Below the pieces are notes generated by a model. That model saw only the letters and a list, made by a program, of their open reading frames with translations, did no database searches and was not told the origin of the DNA. The position numbers were made by a program, and so were the translations under genes. Of a DNA stretch of 35,176 nucleotides, positions 1-7,133 are shown piece by piece. The DNA is taken from the IMG/VR virus record IMGVR_UViG_3300009695_000002, positions 1-35,176 of that record. The stretch is one strand, 5' to 3'. Position 1 is the first letter of the stretch. The number at the start of each line of letters is the position of its first letter. This DNA comes from a virus.

Positions 1-123
1 ATAGATGGCTGCAAAACCATCGATGAGCTGAAAAATGTCTACAAAGACATATACAAATATGTGCAACTGTCCGGTGATAAAGCTTTATTGCAAGGCTTAA
101 ACGCCGCAAAAGAAAATAGAAAA
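1..123. repeat. Terminal direct repeat, copy 1. It is identical to 35054..35176, so the genome is circularly closed or terminally redundant with a 35,053-bp unit.
   Basis: Read directly: nt 1-123 (atagatggctgcaaaacc...gaaaatagaaaa) recur base for base at 35054-35176. The repeat lies inside the erf frame and keeps it in phase. Confidence 0.95.
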
Positions 124-153
124 TCAAAGCTAACAACAGGGGTGGCAGTTTGA
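1..153 (+). CDS. erf: C-terminal 50 codons of the erf gene (wrap-around continuation of 34499..35176)
   Basis: Frame 1 from nt 1 reads IDGCKTIDELKNVYKDIYKYVQLSGDKALLQGLNAAKENRKSKLTTGVAV, with TGA at 151-153. The phase is continuous with 34499..35176 through the 123-nt repeat. Confidence 0.85.
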   Translation: MDGCKTIDELKNVYKDIYKYVQLSGDKALLQGLNAAKENRKSKLTTGVAV

Positions 154-650
154 TGAACCTTTCACTTTACGATGTGGCAAGCGAGTACTTAGAAGCCCTT
201 GATTTTTTGTCAGCACAAGATGAAATGCCAGCCCAAGCTATAGCTGACACGCTGGAAGGTTTGGCTGGCGACATCTCAAAGAAGGCAGTCAATGTGGCAG
301 CCTACTTTCGCAATTTGGATGCAGAGATTGATGCGGTTCGACATGCTGAGAAGCTCATGAATGAGCGGCGGCTGCGCTTAGAGCTGCAATCACAGCGTCT
401 TAAAGATTATCTACTTAAGAATATGGAGCGCTGCGCTATAAAAGAAGTTAAGTGCCCGTATTTCGTTATCAAAGTTGTGAAGAATCCACCCAAAGTGGTT
501 ATTGACCAAGCAGCGTTGGTGCCAGCTGAATTTGTCAAAGAAGAAGTGATTAGGAAAATTGATGCTTTGGCTATTAAGAAAGCCTTGCAAGCACACAAAG
601 AAGTACCCGGCGCATCACTGGTGCAATTCAACCGACTTTCAATTAAATAA
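153..650 (+). CDS. Siphovirus Gp157-like protein (recombination-module accessory protein)
   Basis: The ATG at 153 overlaps the erf stop (TGATG). The track start at 150 is a TTG. The pattern ...DTLEGLAGDISKKAVNVAAYFRNLDAEIDAVRHAEKLMNERRLRLE...YLLKNME...VIDQAALVPAEF resembles the Gp157 family. The gene sits between erf and ssb. Confidence 0.65.
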   Translation: MNLSLYDVASEYLEALDFLSAQDEMPAQAIADTLEGLAGDISKKAVNVAAYFRNLDAEIDAVRHAEKLMNERRLRLELQSQRLKDYLLKNMERCAIKEVKCPYFVIKVVKNPPKVVIDQAALVPAEFVKEEVIRKIDALAIKKALQAHKEVPGASLVQFNRLSIK

Positions 651-661
651 GGGCTATAAAA

Positions 662-1066
662 ATGAGTAAAGGATTAAATCGCGCAATGCTAATTGGCCGC
701 CTTGGCAAGGACCCTGTTGTTCGTAATACAAGCGGTGGGCTAAAGATTGTTGAGTTTTCGCTAGCAACCGGTGATAGCAGCAAAGACTCAGCGACTGGGC
801 AGTGGGTTGAGGTGACAGAATGGCACAACATAGTAGTATTTGGCAAGCTTGCAGACATTGCAGAACAATACTTGAGCCGCGGCTCGCAAGTGTTTGTGGA
901 AGGCAAGATTAAGACAGAAAAGTATACCGACAAATCCACAAATACCGATAAATACATGACGAAGATAGTCGCTAATAATATCCAGATGCTTGGCGATAAA
1001 AAAGAGTCGCAATCAAGGCAGCCGGGCAGCGATGACAACGCTTCATACGACGACATCCCATTTTAG
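662..1066 (+). CDS. ssb: Single-stranded DNA-binding protein
   Basis: OB-fold N-terminus MSKGLNRAMLIGRLGKDPVVR...TEWHNIVVFGKLAEI-type motif and an acidic C-terminal tip ending DDIPF. Confidence 0.95.
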   Translation: MSKGLNRAMLIGRLGKDPVVRNTSGGLKIVEFSLATGDSSKDSATGQWVEVTEWHNIVVFGKLADIAEQYLSRGSQVFVEGKIKTEKYTDKSTNTDKYMTKIVANNIQMLGDKKESQSRQPGSDDNASYDDIPF

Positions 1067-1074
1067 AGGTAATC

Positions 1075-1314
1075 ATGGAATTGCAACTCAATTGGGAATA
1101 TGACCTAGAAAACAAGGGGGAGCTGTTAAGCCGCGTGCTCGTCATCTATGACCGCAGCGAGCTAATCCCGGAGCGTTTAAAGAAAATAGCCGCGCCGTTT
1201 ATCGTCATCAAGAAGACAGACGGTGGCATCTTTGCATTTTGGCATAATGGCGAGTTTAACTTGGATCTGCCCTACAATCTGCGCATACGCCTGGAAACGG
1301 GTAGGCCAGCTTAA
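1075..1314 (+). CDS. Hypothetical protein, 79 aa (last gene of the recombination operon)
   Basis: ORF with GAGG 7 nt upstream of the ATG, tightly packed after ssb. No motif recognised. Confidence 0.55.
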   Translation: MELQLNWEYDLENKGELLSRVLVIYDRSELIPERLKKIAAPFIVIKKTDGGIFAFWHNGEFNLDLPYNLRIRLETGRPA

Positions 1315-1331
1315 GGAAAGAAAACCACTCA

Positions 1332-1364
1332 ATCCTTTACTTAGCATTAGTTTAAGTAAAGGAT
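1332..1364. terminator. 12-bp-stem hairpin between the convergent plus and minus transcription units. It is a possible bidirectional terminator but has no clean U-tract.
   Basis: ATCCTTTACTTA (1332-1343), a 9-nt loop, then TAAGTAAAGGAT (1353-1364). On the minus strand, TTTTCTTT follows 8 nt after the stem. Confidence 0.35.
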
Positions 1365-1393
1365 GATTAACCAACTCAAACAAAGGAACTAAA

Positions 1394-1693
1394 ATGGCAA
1401 CAAATAGCGCTTTAAAAGCTTATGCTGATGCTGCCAAACAGATAGCAATAGGGGCTTATATTTTAGAAGAAAACCCCGGTACCTGGATATCATTTGGCTC
1501 TTTTTTAGTAGGGTTTTTAACAGCAATTTGCCTGGCATGCCTATTGCTAATATTCATACCGGCAAGCACACTTCTCAGCAATTTTACTAAAAAAGAATTA
1601 ACCAAGGCGGCTGCACTTAGCGATTATTCAGTGCAATCCCCTTTTCTTTTGAGCCATATGAGCTGCCAAAATGAAAGCCGACGATGCATGTAA
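1394..1693 (+). CDS. Questionable ORF: small membrane protein, 99 aa
   Basis: AAGGAA lies upstream of the ATG. There is one clear hydrophobic helix (ISFGSFLVGFLTAICLACLLLIFIP). The 3' end overlaps the convergent gene 1617..2144 by 77 nt, which weakens the call. Confidence 0.3.
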   Translation: MATNSALKAYADAAKQIAIGAYILEENPGTWISFGSFLVGFLTAICLACLLLIFIPASTLLSNFTKKELTKAAALSDYSVQSPFLLSHMSCQNESRRCM

Positions 1694-2144
1694 GCGTTGT
1701 TATAAGGCTTCCTAGCATCATATTTATAGACGATTGGGAATCTTTTGGCATGGGAACGGTCACAGTAATGGTTAAAATGATGAAAAACCCTATTGTTACC
1801 GTAACCGACAAAAATTGCGCAACCCAGTCTTTATGCTCGCGCGCATTCATACGGTCCTTTACTTCAAGCGCTAGCACGTTATAGCTGTGTGACAGCTGAA
1901 ATTGAGCGCTTTGAAGCATCATCTCTTGCAGCTTTGCTTCATGCTGATTCTGTAGCTCTAGCAACTTAATAGAGGCTTGCGGGTCCTGTTTTAGCTTATC
2001 GGCAAGCGCGTCAGGGCTGCCTGCATCTACGCCCAAGGCGGCTGCTATCAGTGTGCCAATGGCAGCACCACCGGGCAACGGCAGTGCTGCACCGAGCAAG
2101 GGAGCGGCCTTACCAACAACCTGCGCAATGTCTGCCCAGTTCAT
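1617..2144 (-). CDS. Lysis-associated membrane protein, putative holin (about 3 hydrophobic segments)
   Basis: The start was moved to the ATG at 2144 (MNWADIAQVVGK...), 1 nt after the endolysin stop. It has a Gly/Ala-rich N-terminal hydrophobic segment and two C-terminal TM helices (FLSVTVTIGFFIILTITVTV, MMLGSLITTLTCIVGFHF). It lies immediately downstream of the endolysin. Confidence 0.5.
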   Translation of the reverse strand: MNWADIAQVVGKAAPLLGAALPLPGGAAIGTLIAAALGVDAGSPDALADKLKQDPQASIKLLELQNQHEAKLQEMMLQSAQFQLSHSYNVLALEVKDRMNAREHKDWVAQFLSVTVTIGFFIILTITVTVPMPKDSQSSINMMLGSLITTLTCIVGFHFGSSYGSKEKGIALNNR

Positions 2145-2145
2145 G

Positions 2146-2685
2146 CTATGAAGCCGCTCGCCGCAGCCAGCCAGCTTTAAATTTTGCTTGCTTTGGATTG
2201 CGCTCAATTATCTTTTCATAAAACCACACGCATTGCGCACGTAATAGAGCCAGCAGCCTTTTTGGGTCAACATTATTAATAAAGCCCAAAGTAACAATGC
2301 CCAGCACTCCATCATCTTTTGGTTGGTCGCCAAAACACGCTTTTTGGCAAGCACGTTGCAGCAATTTATGTGCTTGGGTAGCGCCCATGTTGACCGCCAT
2401 ATCAAAAACTTTAGTGGCGACTTCTTGGGCGTCGATTAGCCGGTAGTGGTATTTTTTCCACCAGAACTCTTCATAGATAGCCATCGCATCTTCTTTTTTA
2501 AGCGCTTTGATATCATCCACATCCACCCCTCCGTCTAGGTTTGTATCGGCCCATTCTTTGGGCAAACCCTTTAAGAAGCGCAGGGAAATGCCATATTTGG
2601 TAGCGCCGCCGGCATCGACTGGGTCATTGACGTAGCCGCCTTCAAATTCCAATGTTGCCGGTATCGCGTATTTAAATTCACTCAT
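2146..2685 (-). CDS. Endolysin, glycoside hydrolase family 108 with a C-terminal peptidoglycan-binding domain
   Basis: N-terminal hallmark LEFEGGYVNDPVDAGGATKYGI. C-terminal part LLRAQCVWFYEKIIERNPKQAKFKAGWLRR is typical of the PG_binding_3 module. Confidence 0.9.
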   Translation of the reverse strand: MSEFKYAIPATLEFEGGYVNDPVDAGGATKYGISLRFLKGLPKEWADTNLDGGVDVDDIKALKKEDAMAIYEEFWWKKYHYRLIDAQEVATKVFDMAVNMGATQAHKLLQRACQKACFGDQPKDDGVLGIVTLGFINNVDPKRLLALLRAQCVWFYEKIIERNPKQAKFKAGWLRRAAS

Positions 2686-3029
2686 TATTGACCTCTATTA
2701 GGCTTGTCGCGCCAACGCTCAAGTTTTTCTTCTAGCCGCAAGTTGCTGGCTTTGATTTCGTTGATGCTGTCTTTCATCTCTGACAGCTGAGAATTAATAA
2801 ACCGCTCGTCGGCTTGGCGCTGTTCGTGCATGCGGGTAATGACAAAGCTGCGGATGTCGTCAAAACGCTTAGAGTAGTCAGCGTCGACCGAGTGCAAGAG
2901 CTTTATTTGGCTCTCAAACTCCTGCTTGGCTGTTCCTATCATGTAAGGAATGCCGGCCAGTGAGCTGACTGCGGCCACGAGCGATAAAACCATTAAAGCT
3001 TGCTGGATAACAGGCGGTTTTGTGTACAT
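2685..3029 (-). CDS. Membrane-anchored coiled-coil protein (holin/antiholin or i-spanin-like lysis component)
   Basis: It has an N-terminal TM helix (ALMVLSLVAAVSSLAGIPYMI) followed by a charged helical region. An ATGA-type overlap links it to the endolysin start. Confidence 0.55.
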   Translation of the reverse strand: MYTKPPVIQQALMVLSLVAAVSSLAGIPYMIGTAKQEFESQIKLLHSVDADYSKRFDDIRSFVITRMHEQRQADERFINSQLSEMKDSINEIKASNLRLEEKLERWRDKPNRGQ

Positions 3030-3030
3030 A

Positions 3031-3357
3031 TCATTGTCCGCCGTGCCACGTTATGCCGGTTGCGGTTGTGGTGTAAGGGACGCCGCCTAGGGTTGCAGCT
3101 GTTAGCACCCGCGCCGCCTTAGCTACCACATAGTCGCCATCGAGCAATCCCAGGTAGGGGTTGATGCTGCCATCCATCATTTCTAGCATTAGGTTCCCGC
3201 CAACAGATATATGGATATAGGTACAGGCTTCGCCGCCAGATTGGCCTTCTACTATAAAGGGTTCATCAAGTGTAACAATGCCGCCGCGGGTGCTGACTAA
3301 GCCAATCTGGCCATTTTCTTTGTTAGTATCTAGCGATAAGCTACCGATGCTACTCAT
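3031..3357 (-). CDS. Hypothetical protein, 108 aa, downstream of the tail fibre
   Basis: Tightly packed ORF in the late gene train. No motif recognised. Confidence 0.55.
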   Translation of the reverse strand: MSSIGSLSLDTNKENGQIGLVSTRGGIVTLDEPFIVEGQSGGEACTYIHISVGGNLMLEMMDGSINPYLGLLDGDYVVAKAARVLTAATLGGVPYTTTATGITWHGGQ

Positions 3358-3665
3358 GCTGCTGCTCCTTCTGTACGCTTGCGCTGGGCTTCCATTAGTT
3401 GTTCAATGTTGTCGATATAGATAAAAAACCTATCCGGCTTCGAGCCGGTTTTATCAAATGGCACTTGTCTTGACTGGCCTTCAATCGCATAACTCAAGCC
3501 ATCAACAGAAGCGATGTACTCGGTAATAATGTCAGGCTTTGCTGGGATTAACGGCAAATCAAGCTTGGCGCAATCAAACGTAAAGCGGTCGATAGCATCG
3601 ATATATTGGTCTCTTTCGCTTGTAATGATAATGAGATTGTCGGGGTGGTATTTGAACGTTTTCAT
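3354..3665 (-). CDS. Hypothetical protein, 103 aa (possible tail-fibre accessory protein, by position only)
   Basis: The ORF starts 8 nt after the fibre gene and overlaps the next gene by 4 nt. Confidence 0.55.
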   Translation of the reverse strand: MKTFKYHPDNLIIITSERDQYIDAIDRFTFDCAKLDLPLIPAKPDIITEYIASVDGLSYAIEGQSRQVPFDKTGSKPDRFFIYIDNIEQLMEAQRKRTEGAAA

Positions 3666-3672
3666 AGTGCTC

Positions 3673-5193
3673 CTAAAGTTTAATCATCAAGTTTAAAAAT
3701 AGGGTTGGCTGCATATTTTCATGTGCCTGCCCGCCAAGGCCTTCAACCACGCCATTTCCAGTCACGATATACTGAAGTGGTGGGGTGTAGGCATGGAACC
3801 CGCCGCCCTCATACGGTTGTGTTGCCCCTGCACCCATTACGCCATGCTCGTGTGGAGAAGTAGTGGCTTTTGTAAGCGTTACCGACTCAGCGCCAGCAGT
3901 TGTTGCGGCAACTCTAGCGGTCATACCCTCAAAAGTGCCCGTTGCCGCTAATGTGCGACCCACAGCAAACAGCAGTTGAATGCGTCGATTCGCCGCCCAA
4001 TCTGCCTCCGCAGTTGTTCCACGTTCCACAACCGGCTCCCCGGCCGCATCCTGCATAGGTGCATCAGCTAACGCCGCCGTCCCCCAGATTAGCTTGTAGA
4101 GCGGCCAGGTATCGGAATTAGCACGGCCAGTAGCGCCAGATGCAAAGTTACCGATGGATTTGTTATCCATCATCACCCAGCCCTTGGCGGCCGTTGCTTT
4201 AAGCGTGTGCTTGGTGTCGCCAGTGCTAAAGTATTCGGGTGCTAATAAGGCTCTTTCAATATCATACGTGCGGTATTGAAAAGGGTTAGCCAGCTCGCCC
4301 AGCTCAAGCTGTACGTTAGTGAACTGGACGGTGCAAACGGTATTGAGCGGCATGGCTAGCGTGAGCTTGACCCGGTCATTGCCGTCCGTGCCTTTTACCT
4401 TGCCGGTGACGCTCGGTAGCGCAAAAGTCGCTGTGTAGCGCTGCCAGGCCGATGTCAGAGAGAAGGTTACGACATTGGTTCTAACAGTGGTGCTGGGCGT
4501 GCCGCCGGTGCCAAAATCTTGCGCTATAACCAGCTCAATTGGGCTTGAGCTTGGGCTTTTGGCGCTAAAAGAGAAGCTAACCATCTCGCCCTGAAAGCTA
4601 ATTACATCGTGAAAAGACGTCCAAATATCCTTGATGCTTTCGCCAGCGCCCGCGTCAGAACAAGAGTATTCAATGTAGTTTGTGGGGTTTTCTTCTACGC
4701 CCGCCACGCCACCCATGGGGAAGGGGATAATTTTGACTTTATCGGTCCCGGTCGCATTGTTTTTAATGAATTCCCAGCCGTCTGCTACTTCAAAGGCGGT
4801 AATCGGCAGCCCGGTCATTTCTGCTTGTGCGTAAAAGCGAAACTGACCGTTCAGCACATGGTTGGCAATAGGGATAAGGTTAGTTACTGGCGCCCCGCCA
4901 CCGCCTTGGGGTGTGTAACTCTCTATCGTGGCTATCAGTGCGCCGTAGCGGTCACGCACTTCGATGTAATAGGCTTCATCGTTGGCCCAATATATTTGCC
5001 CAACTTCACCAAAATCATTCAGTCGTATAGGATTTTCATATTTTGCTATGCCACCCGGGTCCTGGTAGGTTTCTTTTTTGTCGCTTCTTTGCATGTCGCG
5101 ATAAGTACCAATGGTGCCATTGGCAGCTTTATTGCCGAGATTATCAAGGAAAGCCCAGCGAAATGATGGGGCTAGGCTATAGGAAGTTGGCAT
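3673..5193 (-). CDS. Tail fibre protein with a C-terminal phage tail-collar-like domain
   Basis: C-terminal pattern NKSIGNFASGATGRANSDTWPLYKLIW...GRTLAATG...GAESVTLTKATTSPHEHG...AHENMQPTLFLNLMIKL matches tail-collar motifs (vtLt..q.P.H.H and N.qP.l.lny.I). The position after the ejection-like proteins parallels the P22 tailspike slot. Confidence 0.8.
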   Translation of the reverse strand: MPTSYSLAPSFRWAFLDNLGNKAANGTIGTYRDMQRSDKKETYQDPGGIAKYENPIRLNDFGEVGQIYWANDEAYYIEVRDRYGALIATIESYTPQGGGGAPVTNLIPIANHVLNGQFRFYAQAEMTGLPITAFEVADGWEFIKNNATGTDKVKIIPFPMGGVAGVEENPTNYIEYSCSDAGAGESIKDIWTSFHDVISFQGEMVSFSFSAKSPSSSPIELVIAQDFGTGGTPSTTVRTNVVTFSLTSAWQRYTATFALPSVTGKVKGTDGNDRVKLTLAMPLNTVCTVQFTNVQLELGELANPFQYRTYDIERALLAPEYFSTGDTKHTLKATAAKGWVMMDNKSIGNFASGATGRANSDTWPLYKLIWGTAALADAPMQDAAGEPVVERGTTAEADWAANRRIQLLFAVGRTLAATGTFEGMTARVAATTAGAESVTLTKATTSPHEHGVMGAGATQPYEGGGFHAYTPPLQYIVTGNGVVEGLGGQAHENMQPTLFLNLMIKL

Positions 5194-5195
5194 TA

Positions 5196-7133
5196 TTAAT
5201 TAACTCCGGGGATGATGGTGCGTAAGAGCGCGTTGGTTATTTTTGTGTCTTTTTCAGGATTGCCAATTTTCTTGCCGCCATAGGCTTGCCGCAAAGCGTT
5301 GCCGGTAAGGAGCTTTTCGGTATGCTTATCAAGGAAATACTTACCTACTCCTAGGGCGCCAGCTGCAGCAGGATTAGTAGCACCCCAAACACTGGCAAGA
5401 CCGGCATATTTAGCTATATCTTGCACTATTGGGTTGTTTCTAAACCCAGTAACATTTGGGTTTTCAGCAATTCTAGCCTCTCCAATCATTCTGTTAAGAG
5501 CGCTTAAGCTGTCCATTCGCTTCCTAATTTCTGGCGAAAAAACACCCGTTTTGCGCTTGTTATCAAGACCGTTGTAGGTCTTCAGAAGGTTAGCCGTAGA
5601 GATAACCTTATCTTTCTTTTCGGATTCTGTTAGCATGCTATTAAAAGATTCATGCCCTAACAGGTGCTTGGTGTCTTGGTCTAGCATGCCAACAATCGCT
5701 TTATGATTACCGGTGAGTAGTTGAGCTGCCAGTTGATCACTTGTTTTTTTCTCGGTTATAATATTAGCTAAGGACGGATGTCGGAAAGGGATAACGTTTT
5801 TAGCAAAGTAACCTTTTGCAGAGCCCCAGCGCTCAAACAGGTCTTTATTCTGTGAAGCCGCCAGGGAATCTTCAATATCTTTGCGGATATGGTGCTGCAA
5901 ATCGCGAGCAACACTTGCGGGCCGCATCTCTTGTTTTGCCGCGTATTCGTCGGCTAATTTACCAATATTGGAGTGTGAAAAATGTGCATCAGCATACTTA
6001 TAGGCCTCGGCCTCAGCCTTCTTACCCCCTTTATTACTTATTACTTGTGGAGCAGATAACTGTTCTAAAATTTCCTTTAGCTCACCTTTGATGCCGGTGC
6101 CCAGTACTTTTTTATCTTTTTCTAGCTCGGCTTTGGCGAAAGCTCTAGCGCTTGGGTAGTCGTGCATTGAAAATCCGCGGCTATCAGCTTCATCAGTGAT
6201 ATTGCCAAACATTTTACTAGCTGTTTTTGCATGCGTTTTTTGAAGCTCGGCAATGCGGTTGAAGAGCTCCATAGGAACCTCTTCACGGCTGACATTGCCC
6301 CGCAGGTCATCCATTATTTTGTTGGCTTCATTGTCAGCTGCCCCAATTAATTTGTGCTGGTTAAGCTCAACCGCGCCCTTGCCGCCATAAGTATTGGAAA
6401 GTGTGCTGTTATAATGACGGGACAGGCTCTTATCGCCAACCAGCGAGCCAAAATCTATCTTTGCATCGCCTATTAATGGTTTAGCTTTTTCATATATGGC
6501 AGCTGCTTCTTCTGGTGTTCGTATCAATCCATGCGAAGCTTTGTTTGTGTACTTCTGAATCAAAGCATTGGCCGCTGCTGCCGGCGCACCTATTGCGCCT
6601 CTTAACCCCGCCCCCAAAGTTCCCCCAATTAAAGCATTCTGCGTAACCGAGCTATCCGGGTCGGCAGCACCGTATAAAGCGCTGTACCCGGCACCGGTTA
6701 AAGCAGCATCACCCATTGATGCTAGCAAAGCCGGTACTGCTTTGGCACCTTTGTAGGCCTTGCTTACTACGTTAGCAGCGCCAAATGGTGAGTAAAATCC
6801 CGTCAGCATATCAGCGGCAGTGGCAACGCCTTTGTAGGGCGCTATCTTATGAAATGGCGCTTTTGGCACCTTTGGGATATTAAGACCTAGAGCATTCACG
6901 CCGGTGATGCCAAGGTTTATGCCGCCACCAACTATGTCTGCGGCATTTTGCAAAACTCCAAGGCCGGCGCTACTGAGCGTTTTGCCGATAACGGTTTGGC
7001 TAGGGTCAAAAGATGAAATGCCAGCATTGTAATTGTCAGCTTCTTCAAAGTCTTTAGCAGTAGGCCTAAAGCTTGCGGCAGATTGCTTATCAAGCTCTTC
7101 AATGTCTTCTTTGGTTGGTCTGTAAGCCATCAT
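5196..7133 (-). CDS. Internal virion / ejection-like protein, 645 aa (gp16-slot by synteny)
   Basis: Large Ala/Gly-rich protein, third of three consecutive genes between the tail-hub genes and the fibre. The arrangement and sizes resemble P22 gp7/gp20/gp16. No catalytic motif seen. Confidence 0.5.
   Translation of the reverse strand: MMAYRPTKEDIEELDKQSAASFRPTAKDFEEADNYNAGISSFDPSQTVIGKTLSSAGLGVLQNAADIVGGGINLGITGVNALGLNIPKVPKAPFHKIAPYKGVATAADMLTGFYSPFGAANVVSKAYKGAKAVPALLASMGDAALTGAGYSALYGAADPDSSVTQNALIGGTLGAGLRGAIGAPAAAANALIQKYTNKASHGLIRTPEEAAAIYEKAKPLIGDAKIDFGSLVGDKSLSRHYNSTLSNTYGGKGAVELNQHKLIGAADNEANKIMDDLRGNVSREEVPMELFNRIAELQKTHAKTASKMFGNITDEADSRGFSMHDYPSARAFAKAELEKDKKVLGTGIKGELKEILEQLSAPQVISNKGGKKAEAEAYKYADAHFSHSNIGKLADEYAAKQEMRPASVARDLQHHIRKDIEDSLAASQNKDLFERWGSAKGYFAKNVIPFRHPSLANIITEKKTSDQLAAQLLTGNHKAIVGMLDQDTKHLLGHESFNSMLTESEKKDKVISTANLLKTYNGLDNKRKTGVFSPEIRKRMDSLSALNRMIGEARIAENPNVTGFRNNPIVQDIAKYAGLASVWGATNPAAAGALGVGKYFLDKHTEKLLTGNALRQAYGGKKIGNPEKDTKITNALLRTIIPGVN

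Noticed and set aside
1-123. Interpreting the 123-nt end duplication as a T7-style physical direct terminal repeat
   Set aside because: It lies within a coding sequence far from the packaging genes. The morphogenesis module is P22-like, so headful packaging is expected. An assembly overlap of a circular or permuted genome is the simpler explanation, although only read-level data can settle it.
407-1056. Minus-strand ORFs 407..631, 411..596, 643..1056 and 788..1012
   Set aside because: They are antisense shadows of the Gp157-like and ssb genes. Those genes have family motifs and operon context.
1177-1383. 68-aa minus-strand ORF across the 1332-1364 hairpin
   Set aside because: It is antisense to the 79-aa gene and reads through the hairpin. 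It has no SD and no operon partner.
4609-5225. Plus-strand ORFs 4609..5166 and 5043..5225 (and similar ones at 5299..5577, 5816..6091, 6568..6756, 7193..7534, 8785..9021, 9491..9688 and 9981..10193)
   Set aside because: All lie antisense inside long, well-supported late genes. They have no SD and odd composition.
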